Below, one piece after another: positions 29,865-39,314 of a DNA stretch of 64,000 nucleotides. Positions within the stretch are counted from its first letter, which is position 1; every line of letters begins with the position of its first letter. The position numbers and the translations under genes are program-made. A model generated the notes under the pieces. The model saw only the letters and a program-made list of their open reading frames with translations, did not search any database and was not told the origin of the DNA. Source of the DNA: Promethearchaeota archaeon (GTDB lineage: Archaea; Asgardarchaeota; Lokiarchaeia; Sigyniarchaeales; SOKP01). The stretch lies in the NCBI GenBank assembly GCA_016839555.1, contig JAEOUA010000003.1, forward strand, positions 451,610 to 515,609, written 5' to 3'.

Positions 29865-30872
29865 TTGAAATATTTGATTAAAGATTGGATAAAGCGTTTT
29901 ATTATTATAGCAATAGGAATAATTGTAAGCATCTATATCTGGCACATCAATAGAAATATTTTCCATAATGTCTATAGGAGATGTCTTATTCTCTCAATTA
30001 CTACATTTTTAATAATTTACGTCCCATTTGAAATTTATTTTTCAGTTAAGACACTTTGGTATGATAGATGGAGCAATATTAAATTAAATAATGTAGAGAC
30101 AATTAAGATAAAAATACCTATTGAACAAGATTCCAAATATGGTTATATTACCGCACATTTAATAACATCTCGAGATAAACAACTAATAGACTCAAAAAAC
30201 ACAATTATTATAATCAGCCATGGATATTCCGATACAAAGGAAACCCTCCAATATCTCTACTTGCCTTTAGCACTTCAGGGCTATACTATTTTAACATATG
30301 ACGCGCGGGGTTCAGGAGAATCAAGAAAATTGGGAAAAAGATATCAATTTCTAAAAAGAATCGAAGATTATAAAAAGATCATTGATTGGATCCAAAACAG
30401 AGAGGAATTAAATGATTTTGAGGTTTGCTCAATCGGATTTAGCATCGGAGCACTCATTCCAATAGCGGCGGTATTTACTAATGAAAAAGTTAAAAAAATT
30501 ATCGCAATCTCATTAATTTCTCAATATAAAAAAAATGTGCCCCGAGCAAACCCTTTAATTTTAATAAGCTATCTGGTCAAAGGTATCAAACTTTTTCCCA
30601 CTCAAGAAGAAATAGAAAAATTATCTCCTTATTTAATGTTTAAAAGCTACAAGAAAAACGTATCTGAAGAAAAATGGAATCAAATCACTAAAAAAGTTTA
30701 TTTAATTCATTCCAAAAATGATAGTGTAATTAAATTTAGCAATTTTCAAGAGAATCAGTCAATCTTAGAATTGCCTCCAAAGAATACATTAATTTTTAAA
30801 AAAGGAGGTCATATCATGAAAAAAAATGAGCTTGCGTTAGTTGGAGGAATAATGCAATTTCTAAAGAATTAA
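29865..30872 (+). CDS. Membrane-anchored alpha/beta hydrolase
   Basis: Two N-terminal TM segments, SHGY, YDARGSGES, nucleophile GFSIG, HSKND, GGH. Confidence 0.85.
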   Translation: MKYLIKDWIKRFIIIAIGIIVSIYIWHINRNIFHNVYRRCLILSITTFLIIYVPFEIYFSVKTLWYDRWSNIKLNNVETIKIKIPIEQDSKYGYITAHLITSRDKQLIDSKNTIIIISHGYSDTKETLQYLYLPLALQGYTILTYDARGSGESRKLGKRYQFLKRIEDYKKIIDWIQNREELNDFEVCSIGFSIGALIPIAAVFTNEKVKKIIAISLISQYKKNVPRANPLILISYLVKGIKLFPTQEEIEKLSPYLMFKSYKKNVSEEKWNQITKKVYLIHSKNDSVIKFSNFQENQSILELPPKNTLIFKKGGHIMKKNELALVGGIMQFLKN

Positions 30873-31005
30873 ATCACTAGAAATTTTAAAAAATTTTCGT
30901 TGAATCAATTGATTTTTACCGATTTATTATAATAATTAAGTTTTTGTAAGGTTTTAAATTGAAATAAATTATATTAGATTCATATTAAATAGTAAGGTCA
31001 ATAAA

Positions 31006-32115
31006 GTGTCAAACCAGAAAAACGATATTTATAAACAGTTACAAGCACATTTTGAGGAAATGCCAATAGGAATGCCCCCTGTGAAATCAGGATCAGGTCT
31101 AAGATTGTTAAAAACTCTTTTTACTCCTGAAGAAGCAGAAATTGCAATGTTTTTGCGATTTGGGTGGCAGAGAGATCTTGAACCTTTGGAAAAAATTTAC
31201 GAAAGGGCAAAGGCAATCGGCATTTCTATTGAAAAATTGGAAGAGATTTTGGATCAAATGGTTAAAAAAGGGCTAATCATGTATAAAAGAGAAAATAATA
31301 ATAAACATTATGGGAATGCATTACTAATGGTAGGCATGTTTGAATTTCAAGTTAACAAATTAAAACATGAATTTATTGAAGACTTTCATCAGTATTTTGA
31401 TGAGGGCTGGCTCCCTGAGGCATTAAAACTAAAAGCTGCTCAATTGCGTACAATCCCTGTCGAACAAAGTATTGAACATGATATAACTGTAAGTAAATTT
31501 GATGACTTGGCACGCTTAATAGAAACAACAGATGGGCCCTATTCTGTAGCAAATTGTGTCTGCCGACAATTAAAGGATATGGAAGGTGAACCATGTAAAT
31601 CAACCTCACGTAGAGAAATTTGCTTACAATTTGGTTTTGCTGCTGAAATGTATATAGAGCAGGGTAATGGGCGTGAAATAACTAAAGAGGAGGCTCTGGA
31701 CATACTCAGGAAAAGTGAAGAAGAGGGGCTAGTTTTGGAACCAGATAATTCTCAAGAATTAAATTTTATCTGCTCCTGTTGCGGATGCTGCTGCGAAAAT
31801 TTAACAAGGATGAAAAAGTTCCCAAACCCTGGAGATTTTACCGTCACAAACTATTATGCCAAAGTTGATAAAGATCTATGCGTAGGATGCGGAACTTGCG
31901 TGGATATATGCCCAATGGATGCGATTGAACTCGAAGATGATATTTCTTCGATTAGTAAGCGGCGTTGTATTGGATGCGGAAATTGTGCCGCAAAATGTCC
32001 TCAGGATGCAATAAGTCTCGAAAAAAGAGAACGACAATTTACACCATTTCCCACGATGGATGACTTATTTGATAAGTTACTTGAACGTAAGAAAAGATTT
32101 AGGAATAGAAATTAA
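31006..32115 (+). CDS. 4Fe-4S dicluster protein with N-terminal helical/wHTH region
   Basis: CVCR, C..C, ICSCCGCCC, CVGCGTCVDICP, CIGCGNCAAKCP. Confidence 0.85.
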   Translation: MSNQKNDIYKQLQAHFEEMPIGMPPVKSGSGLRLLKTLFTPEEAEIAMFLRFGWQRDLEPLEKIYERAKAIGISIEKLEEILDQMVKKGLIMYKRENNNKHYGNALLMVGMFEFQVNKLKHEFIEDFHQYFDEGWLPEALKLKAAQLRTIPVEQSIEHDITVSKFDDLARLIETTDGPYSVANCVCRQLKDMEGEPCKSTSRREICLQFGFAAEMYIEQGNGREITKEEALDILRKSEEEGLVLEPDNSQELNFICSCCGCCCENLTRMKKFPNPGDFTVTNYYAKVDKDLCVGCGTCVDICPMDAIELEDDISSISKRRCIGCGNCAAKCPQDAISLEKRERQFTPFPTMDDLFDKLLERKKRFRNRN

Positions 32116-32186
32116 AAAGAATAAAAAACTAAAACAGTCCTTATCTTTTAATCTCTTATGAAATCTTTTAATTATTCTAGATTTGT

Positions 32187-33347
32187 TTAAGTCAGCTTAA
32201 TCATTTCTTTAATAGATTCTAATGCGAGCTTTTCGGCTGTATTAATTTTTAATAATTTTTTTTCAAAATAATGTGGATTTCTCTTCGACATCTCTAGTTC
32301 TTTATCTAAATTGAAGAAATGTTTTTCCGATTCAAGCTCCATAGTATATATATGTTCGCGACAGCTTGCATCACTCATTTTTACAAAGCATCCATGATCA
32401 TGAAACTTATGCGATACTGCCGGAAAATAGGTATCCCAGAGTAAGTCATTTAATTTTTTATAGACCTTTTTTGCTAGACGTTTACAATAAGGTTTACTTT
32501 TTTCACTATAACAGAAGAAAAAAGATAACTTATCCTTGTTCTTGGCGTAGAAATCCTCTAATTTTTCATTCACCGTTTCTAGTTGTTTCATCGACAAATT
32601 AATATGGCTATGATCGGCCGAGGGAGTACATTTGTAAAATAAAGGCTTTCTATAATAAGGAATTTCATAAAGTTTAATAATATTAAAAAGGATCCCTTCC
32701 TTTAACCAATGATCAAACTTATATGTAATGGATTTTTCATCGAGATTATTAATTAAATCCTTTTGATATCTCTCAAAAAGGGAGGTTTCATGGAAATCCA
32801 AAAGTAAAATTTTAATAGCTTGATTATTCCAGTATTTTTTTAAAACCGATTTTACAAATTTTGCATGAGCAGGGAGAGGATATCCTAAGCTGTCATCTTT
32901 ACTAAGCGGTGATTCTGGGGCGAATGTTCTCCGCCAATACCTATTAAGATTAGTTCCATTTTTTAAATAATAACCAGATTTATTATTTCTGCTCGGATTA
33001 AGAAAGCCGTAGGGATTCATGAGCGGAAAAAAGATAATATCTTGGTTTGCTTGTAAAATAGTTTCAATGGGAATACTTTCATCAATTAGATGTTCAAAAA
33101 ATTTTAACGTACCAAAAAGGCCATTATATTCATTATGCTGAGCTCCAATAAAGACCTTAAGAAATTTCACTTTTTCAAAATTATCATTTCTACATATAAT
33201 ACAAGGTAAAGAACCTTCTGGGGTTTGGAATAGTTTATATTCCACATTATCTAATTTGGAAAAAGATTCAATCTTTTTTAAAAGATTAATAAACAATTGC
33301 TTCCGTTGCGAAATATTTAACAACGATTTTAAAGTTTGTAATTCCAT
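32187..33347 (-). CDS. M14-family zinc carboxypeptidase/deacylase-like protein
   Basis: GAQHNE, PLMNPYG, NLNRYW, LDFHE, TMELE; ATG at 33347 preferred over TTG at 33383. Confidence 0.78.
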   Translation of the reverse strand: MELQTLKSLLNISQRKQLFINLLKKIESFSKLDNVEYKLFQTPEGSLPCIICRNDNFEKVKFLKVFIGAQHNEYNGLFGTLKFFEHLIDESIPIETILQANQDIIFFPLMNPYGFLNPSRNNKSGYYLKNGTNLNRYWRRTFAPESPLSKDDSLGYPLPAHAKFVKSVLKKYWNNQAIKILLLDFHETSLFERYQKDLINNLDEKSITYKFDHWLKEGILFNIIKLYEIPYYRKPLFYKCTPSADHSHINLSMKQLETVNEKLEDFYAKNKDKLSFFFCYSEKSKPYCKRLAKKVYKKLNDLLWDTYFPAVSHKFHDHGCFVKMSDASCREHIYTMELESEKHFFNLDKELEMSKRNPHYFEKKLLKINTAEKLALESIKEMIKLT

Positions 33348-33360
33348 TTTTATTAAAATT

Positions 33361-34827
33361 TTAATATTGCATATTTTGACCAATAAATTGATCCCAATGA
33401 GAAAAGTTTATGATTTTTTGATAGTTTTCTGCTATACTCTTAAATATGATACATGAATTACAGAATATATCCACGAAATGATCTATTTCAAGGTTTAATA
33501 TTTCCGATGCTTTTTCTGACAGTCCTAATCCTCTCTCGACTTCAATTTTACCATCATATCCCGAGAGATTAACGACGAATTCTTCTTTTTTTATACCATT
33601 AACATAAATACCTCGGGCAATTCTTGCTAACCCTCCAATTGGAATTATTTTTCTCTCAATTTGAGAAAGGTAAATTCTTAAATCATAGGTTCGTTTACCG
33701 CCATTCCAATCTATCAAGGAAAAAGCTGCCATTTCCTGAAGCGTGTATGGATAAGGATTTCTATTTTTCATAAATTTAGCATAAAATTCCTCATTACTTT
33801 GAGAAATTATCCTTTTAATTTTTTTCGGATCTTGTTTTATCTGATCAGGAAAAATAGGCATCACTCCGGCGCCTCCTGAACCAGCATGAGGTTTGATTAC
33901 AAAAGGTTTATCAAATTGATCAATTGCTAATCGAATTTTGTCTATAAGATCTTTTTCATTAAAAGCTCTCGTAAAGAGAAACTTTCCAATTTTATATTGT
34001 TCTAATATGTCATTAACATAATGTTTTGCCAAATAAGATAATGCTTTATCATCTGTAATCAAATAAACAGGATTAATAATTATAGTATTAATTTTTGCAA
34101 AATCTTCTTGTATTAATTTATTAAACTTAGGATCTTCAATACGTCGAGCGATCCCATCACCTATCAATACATCAACTTTATCTTTCTGAAATTTCACCCA
34201 ATTATTTTCAAATGAGAGTGTTAAAAACAATTGCTTATAATCGGCGATTAGAAAAGCTATATCACATTTAAACTCCGATTTATAAGTATAGATGTTAAAA
34301 ATTTTTGCTTTTAATCCATTTTGTTTAATTCTTTCCCTTAAATAATTTATGAGAATCGCTTTTTCATGAATCAAGCCATCATTAATTGGGACCCCTACAA
34401 GAATAAGTATTTTATTGCCCTTTTGTTCGCTTTTTTGAATAGCTTGTCTTATAGCTCCGAAATACCCCTCATATACCAGTTTTTGTTGATCTTTTGTTAA
34501 AATGGATAATCCTCGATTGCTCGCCCCATTAGTCTCCAATAAAAAATAATCTAAATGATCATTATGAGGTCGTACCATAAAATCAATACTTCCTGAGTAG
34601 AAGGTTTTATTATCGCCCATTCTGTTTTGGTTTTGGAATTCCATTAATTTTAGTGCTTTCTCTCGGATTTCAGCTGTAAAAACTTCTTCTTGAGAAGCCC
34701 ATAATCTTGAAAGCGGTTCTAAGTTTAATCCTAATGAATTACCTAATGTTACTAAATCTAAATCTGAATTAGTTAATGGATCTTTTTGCATTAATTGTAC
34801 GAATTTTTTAAGTAACTCTTTAGTCAT
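33361..34827 (-). CDS. Circularly permuted ATP-grasp peptide ligase
   Basis: IDFMV...FLLETNG at the N-terminus; INP...DDKA, FVIKP.AGSGGAGV, YTLQE, YDLRIY, GGLARIA and VVNLS follow. Confidence 0.82.
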   Translation of the reverse strand: MTKELLKKFVQLMQKDPLTNSDLDLVTLGNSLGLNLEPLSRLWASQEEVFTAEIREKALKLMEFQNQNRMGDNKTFYSGSIDFMVRPHNDHLDYFLLETNGASNRGLSILTKDQQKLVYEGYFGAIRQAIQKSEQKGNKILILVGVPINDGLIHEKAILINYLRERIKQNGLKAKIFNIYTYKSEFKCDIAFLIADYKQLFLTLSFENNWVKFQKDKVDVLIGDGIARRIEDPKFNKLIQEDFAKINTIIINPVYLITDDKALSYLAKHYVNDILEQYKIGKFLFTRAFNEKDLIDKIRLAIDQFDKPFVIKPHAGSGGAGVMPIFPDQIKQDPKKIKRIISQSNEEFYAKFMKNRNPYPYTLQEMAAFSLIDWNGGKRTYDLRIYLSQIERKIIPIGGLARIARGIYVNGIKKEEFVVNLSGYDGKIEVERGLGLSEKASEILNLEIDHFVDIFCNSCIIFKSIAENYQKIINFSHWDQFIGQNMQY

Positions 34828-35161
34828 GGGTTCTATGAGTTTTTGTTAAAGTTTTTCATATGATCTAAGTTGCTTTAATTAAAAATAAGCAATAATAAGC
34901 TATATTTGATAAATTTCTAATAAATTATGAATTTTATTAAAATAGTAGAGAAAATATTTATATAATAATATCCAAGGGATAGAACCTTTTTTCTAAATAA
35001 CTAATTGAATTTTTATTAATAAAAATAGGATTTTAACTTATTTTCTTGTTGTTCTAATTCTATTAAATTTTAAATAATCTTGTAAAAATCTAAATATTTA
35101 AATATCCTATTATATTAAAGTAATCCATAAATATATCTTATAATAATCAATTTGTTATGGA

Positions 35162-35806
35162 GTGGAATTATTCTTGGAAGGCTTAAAAAAAGCAATAGTT
35201 GAAGGAGATATAAATTTAGCTGAAGAGTTAGCCAAAAAAGCATTGGAATCTGGTGCCAGTAGTTTAAAAACAATAGATAATGATGTGGTTCCGGGCATTC
35301 TTGAGGCTGGAGAACTATGGAAACAAGGTGAATACTTCATACCCGATGTTATAATGAGCGCTGAAGCATTTAAAGCAGCAATGGCTGTTCTTGAAGAGAA
35401 ACAACCTGGTGTTTATAAGGGAACAAAAGGCAAATATCTCATATGCACAGTAGAAGGCGATATTCATGACCTTGGAAAAAGTATCGTTGTAACTATGTTA
35501 AAGGCTGCAGGGTTTGAAGTAATTGATCTTGGAGTAGATATCCCCATATCTACCTTCATTGCGAAAGTGAAGGAAGAAAGACCAAATATCGTTGGTCTGG
35601 GGGCGTATATGAGCACAACAGCTACAACTATGAAGGACTATATAGAAGCTCTTGTTAATGAGGAATTACGAGGTAGTGTAAAAGTCATGATTGGTGGAGT
35701 CAGGACTAGTGATAAGTATGCTAAAGAGCTTGGTGCTGATTCTTGGGGTCTAGACGGTGTTGATACTGCGGAAAAAGCATTGAAATTAGTGGAGGTGCAG
35801 CAATGA
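35162..35806 (+). CDS. Corrinoid (cobalamin-binding) methyl-acceptor protein, MtaC/MtoC-like
   Basis: Cap domain GEYFIPDVIMSA; B12 motif GDIHDLGK; DLGVD; MIGG. Confidence 0.93.
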   Translation: MELFLEGLKKAIVEGDINLAEELAKKALESGASSLKTIDNDVVPGILEAGELWKQGEYFIPDVIMSAEAFKAAMAVLEEKQPGVYKGTKGKYLICTVEGDIHDLGKSIVVTMLKAAGFEVIDLGVDIPISTFIAKVKEERPNIVGLGAYMSTTATTMKDYIEALVNEELRGSVKVMIGGVRTSDKYAKELGADSWGLDGVDTAEKALKLVEVQQ

Positions 35807-37092
35807 GTTTTGTACCTCCCTCAACATGGCAAACAATAAAAGGCCTTCTTTATAGCAAAGGCCTACGAATCTTTAAGCTTGATCCTAATAGTAGAAATAT
35901 TGCAGCATTACTTGGCAAACCTGATCGTATTCCGCCATCTGCCGGTCAAATTCATGTTCATTCAATGACAGTGGCTAAGGCGGATCCTCAACGATTTATT
36001 CATACTGATGGAAAATATTGTGCCGACGTTCAATTCTATGTTCAAAGATGGTATGATCTGGAACAACCCTTGGTTATACCTCCGGAGACCTATAATTTTG
36101 AAATCGAGGCTCTCGGAGGGAGTTTATTAAAAACTAAAAAACATATGTCGTCAATAGATCAAAATAATCCATTGATTAAGAAAGAAGAGGACATCGATAA
36201 AATTAAATTACCAATAGATAAAGAGTGGGGAAGGGTTCAGTATGTTATAGATTGCCTAAATGAGTTCAAGGAATGTTTGGGTAGTATTTCAACTGGAGTT
36301 TTCTGTGGTCCCTTCAGTTTCATATGCGGAATTCATTCATATGTTGGTGTAATCCGAGATATAAGAAATAACCCGGATTTCATTCACAGACTTCTCAAGT
36401 GGTCCATCGATGAAGTGGCAATACCCTATCTTCAACTCCTTAAACAAGAAACTGGTTTCGATGCTTATATCGGTGCTGATGCATGGTCGGCTATTCCTAA
36501 TACAAATAAAAAAATAGCTGAAGAATTCGTTTTTCCATATAATACTTATTTAAGGGAAGAAGCTAAGAAAATAGGAATTACAGCTAATGTTGGGGGAAGT
36601 GTCGATTATTGCGTAGAAGACCCTAAGAGGTTTGATCCGGAACTTATGAAATGGGCTTGGTATCATATGGGTGTGGAACTTATGGGTAAACCATTCTTAA
36701 TGATGGGGATGGGGAGACCAGAACTCTGGCCAATAGATGTTATGCAGGATTTCATAAAGGAAAATAAAAGTAGATTTTGGACGCCTCCGGTCTTGGCAAG
36801 TTGTAGTGCAAGATTCATAAGAGACTCAACTCCACAAGAAATTGTGGACTATTTGAAAAGAATTATAGATGGATTGGCAAGAGATGGTCATATGATGTTC
36901 TTTTTTGTCCAGATTCCAGCTGATACACCACCTGTAAATGTCCATACTGCGGTACAGGCTATCAAAACCTTTGGTAAGTACCCAATAGCTGAAAACTTGG
37001 ATAACGTCCCATTTGAGATTCCTAAAATTGAACCATATCATGAATGGCTTAAGCGTGAAATTGCTGAAGGAAGAGCGATTGATTACGAATAA
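35803..37092 (+). CDS. UroD-superfamily corrinoid-dependent methyltransferase (MtaA/CmuA/MtoB-like)
   Basis: GKPDRIP, EIEALGG, CGPFS, EEFVFPY, TPQEI, IPADTPPVNV; overlaps the corrinoid gene (ATGA). Confidence 0.8.
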   Translation: MSFVPPSTWQTIKGLLYSKGLRIFKLDPNSRNIAALLGKPDRIPPSAGQIHVHSMTVAKADPQRFIHTDGKYCADVQFYVQRWYDLEQPLVIPPETYNFEIEALGGSLLKTKKHMSSIDQNNPLIKKEEDIDKIKLPIDKEWGRVQYVIDCLNEFKECLGSISTGVFCGPFSFICGIHSYVGVIRDIRNNPDFIHRLLKWSIDEVAIPYLQLLKQETGFDAYIGADAWSAIPNTNKKIAEEFVFPYNTYLREEAKKIGITANVGGSVDYCVEDPKRFDPELMKWAWYHMGVELMGKPFLMMGMGRPELWPIDVMQDFIKENKSRFWTPPVLASCSARFIRDSTPQEIVDYLKRIIDGLARDGHMMFFFVQIPADTPPVNVHTAVQAIKTFGKYPIAENLDNVPFEIPKIEPYHEWLKREIAEGRAIDYE

Positions 37093-37103
37093 AATAATCA
37101 CAT

Positions 37104-38024
37104 ATGTTTGAGTTTAAAACCAATCAGAAGATTTTCAAGATATCTGAAATTATGATTGGAGGCCAGCCTGGGCAGCTACCAACAGTCATGATAGGGAGTA
37201 TTTTCCATAGAGGACATGGAATAGTGAAAAACCATCGCACTGGAAATTTTGATAGACAAAAAGCGCAACACCTTATTCGACAACAAGAGGAGTTGTCTGA
37301 AAGGATGGGGATTCCTTGCATGCTTGATGTCTATGGAGAGAACATAGAATCGCTTCAAAAGTACGTAGACTATATATCCGATATTACTGATGCCCCAATC
37401 TTACTGAATGCTCCTACAGCATCATTGCGAGTCCAAGGAGTAAGCTACACAAGAGATATAGGTCTTATAGATAGAATTATCTACAATTCTATCAATTACA
37501 CAATTAATGAACAGGAGATAGAAGGCATTAAGGAGACTGGTGTTAAAACGGCTCTTATTCAATCAATGAATCCGCGAAATATCAAACTTGAAGGTATGGT
37601 GAAAATTATAAAGAAGGATTCTGAGACGGGACTCCTTATTGATTCCTTAAAAGCAGGAATTGAGAAACCTCTTTTACTTGCTCCTGTGTATGATGTTCCA
37701 AGTATGGGACTTGGATTAAAAGGAGTTCAAATATTGAAGAATGAGTTCGGATTCCCGACAGGTATTCCACCAATTGGAATTGTTGGTGTCTGGGATAAGA
37801 TTGAGAAACTCGGAATAAATGTGAAAAAGACCTGTCGAGGAAGTGTTCTGGCGTTATCTCAATACTCTGGTTCAGATTTTATCATCTATGGCTCAATCGC
37901 GAAAGCACCTGATTTATTTCCAGTATGTGCAATGGTAGACATTATTGTCGCTTATATCACAAAACAAGTATATGGTACGAAGTTATTGACTGAAAATCAT
38001 CCATTCTATAAAATACTCAGATAG
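37104..38024 (+). CDS. mtrH: MtrH-like pterin methyltransferase, divergent copy
   Basis: GGQPGQLPTVMIGSIFH.GH, IYNSI, DFIIYG; several conserved acidic and HN residues replaced. Confidence 0.85.
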   Translation: MFEFKTNQKIFKISEIMIGGQPGQLPTVMIGSIFHRGHGIVKNHRTGNFDRQKAQHLIRQQEELSERMGIPCMLDVYGENIESLQKYVDYISDITDAPILLNAPTASLRVQGVSYTRDIGLIDRIIYNSINYTINEQEIEGIKETGVKTALIQSMNPRNIKLEGMVKIIKKDSETGLLIDSLKAGIEKPLLLAPVYDVPSMGLGLKGVQILKNEFGFPTGIPPIGIVGVWDKIEKLGINVKKTCRGSVLALSQYSGSDFIIYGSIAKAPDLFPVCAMVDIIVAYITKQVYGTKLLTENHPFYKILR

Positions 38025-38033
38025 GTGAAAAAA

Positions 38034-38978
38034 ATGTTTAAATATGAAAAAGAGCAAAAAATCTATGAAATAAATGGTTTGAAATTAGGAGGACAACCTG
38101 GAGAATTACCAACAGTAATGATCGGAAGTATATTTTATGAAGGTCATAAGATCCTAAAGGATGCAAAGAAAGGTGAGTTCAAGAAAGAGAAAGCACAACA
38201 ACTAATCAAGATTGAAGAGGAGTTATCTGATCAGACTGGAAACCCGATGCTTCTAGATATATGCTGTGCTTGGCCAGAGGCTTTTGAGAAGTTGATTGAT
38301 TTTGTAGCTAGTAATACCGATAGTCCATTTGCGATTGATGGTACTACTGCTGAAGTGAAGATGGTAGGAGCTAAATATGTTAAAGAGACGGGTTTATCTT
38401 CAAGAGTCGTGTATAATTCGATAATGCCTCAAGCTAAGGATGATGAACTTGTTGCAATCAAAGAGTCAGGAATCGAGTCTGCAATTTTACTCACTCTAAA
38501 CACGAAAAATCCCACACTTGCAGGTAGGATCGAGATAATGGATGACTTACAAAATTTGGCCCAAAAAGCAGGAATCACAAAACCACTTATCGACACCACA
38601 GTGATTGACAAACCAGATATAGGCCCTATCAGTAAAGCTATCTTTATGGTTAAGGACCAATATGGAATACCTTCAGGAGCAGGTGTTCACAATGCAATTG
38701 CTAGATGGTCTGAAATGAGTGAATTATCTTCCGAGAAACTTATGCTTGCTAATGCAGTAGCAAACTCGTTTCCAATAGCCATGGGAGCAGATTTCTTACT
38801 ATATGGACCAATTGAAAATGCTCCAGAGGCTTATTTTGTTTCATCTCTAGCTGATACTTATGTGGCTTATAATGCAAGACAGGAATTCAGAATACGCCCA
38901 TTAACTAATAATCATCCTTTGATGAGAATCTTTAGGAAAAACAATAATATAAAAGAAATTAAGAAAAAATTATTATAG
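38034..38978 (+). CDS. mtrH: MtrH-like methylcorrinoid:tetrahydropterin methyltransferase (MtgA/MtoA-like)
   Basis: GGQPGELPTVMIGSIFY.GH, PFAIDG, YNSI, LIDT, GVHNA, DFLLYGPIE; AGGTGA SD before the ATG at 38034. Confidence 0.9.
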   Translation: MFKYEKEQKIYEINGLKLGGQPGELPTVMIGSIFYEGHKILKDAKKGEFKKEKAQQLIKIEEELSDQTGNPMLLDICCAWPEAFEKLIDFVASNTDSPFAIDGTTAEVKMVGAKYVKETGLSSRVVYNSIMPQAKDDELVAIKESGIESAILLTLNTKNPTLAGRIEIMDDLQNLAQKAGITKPLIDTTVIDKPDIGPISKAIFMVKDQYGIPSGAGVHNAIARWSEMSELSSEKLMLANAVANSFPIAMGADFLLYGPIENAPEAYFVSSLADTYVAYNARQEFRIRPLTNNHPLMRIFRKNNNIKEIKKKLL

Positions 38979-39065
38979 ATTACCGCATTCACATTCAGTT
39001 TTTATATTAATAAGAAGCATGAGATCATTTAAAAATTTAATAAAGAATCTTGTATTGAGAGATTT

Positions 39066-39096
39066 CAAATCAAGATTTGGCAAAATCAAGATTTTG
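39066..39096. repeat. Two tandem short inverted repeats
   Basis: CAAATC-AA-GATTTG followed by CAAAATC-AA-GATTTTG in a convergent intergenic region. Confidence 0.6.
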
Positions 39097-39314
39097 AGAA
39101 CATAATTAGCAGATAGAGCTGAGAATTTTCCAAATCGATGATGATTGATATAGAAAAAGGCAAAAGATCAAAAATTTTATCTTTATTTATTTTATAAATA
39201 AATATTTTTTATACTTTTATGAGAAAAAAATTAAACAAAAATCAAATTAAAACCTTAAATGAAATTTTTATTTTAGATATTTGGGTAAGATTTTTAAAGT
39301 ATGAGAAGTATGGA

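Noticed and set aside
35162-38978. Evidence of methanogenesis (Mtr complex)
   Set aside because: Only soluble MtrH homologues are present; no mtrA-G or mcr in the window
39115-39150. C/D box sRNA (CTGA and ATGATGA)
   Set aside because: Boxes are in the wrong order and there is no downstream D box or terminal stem
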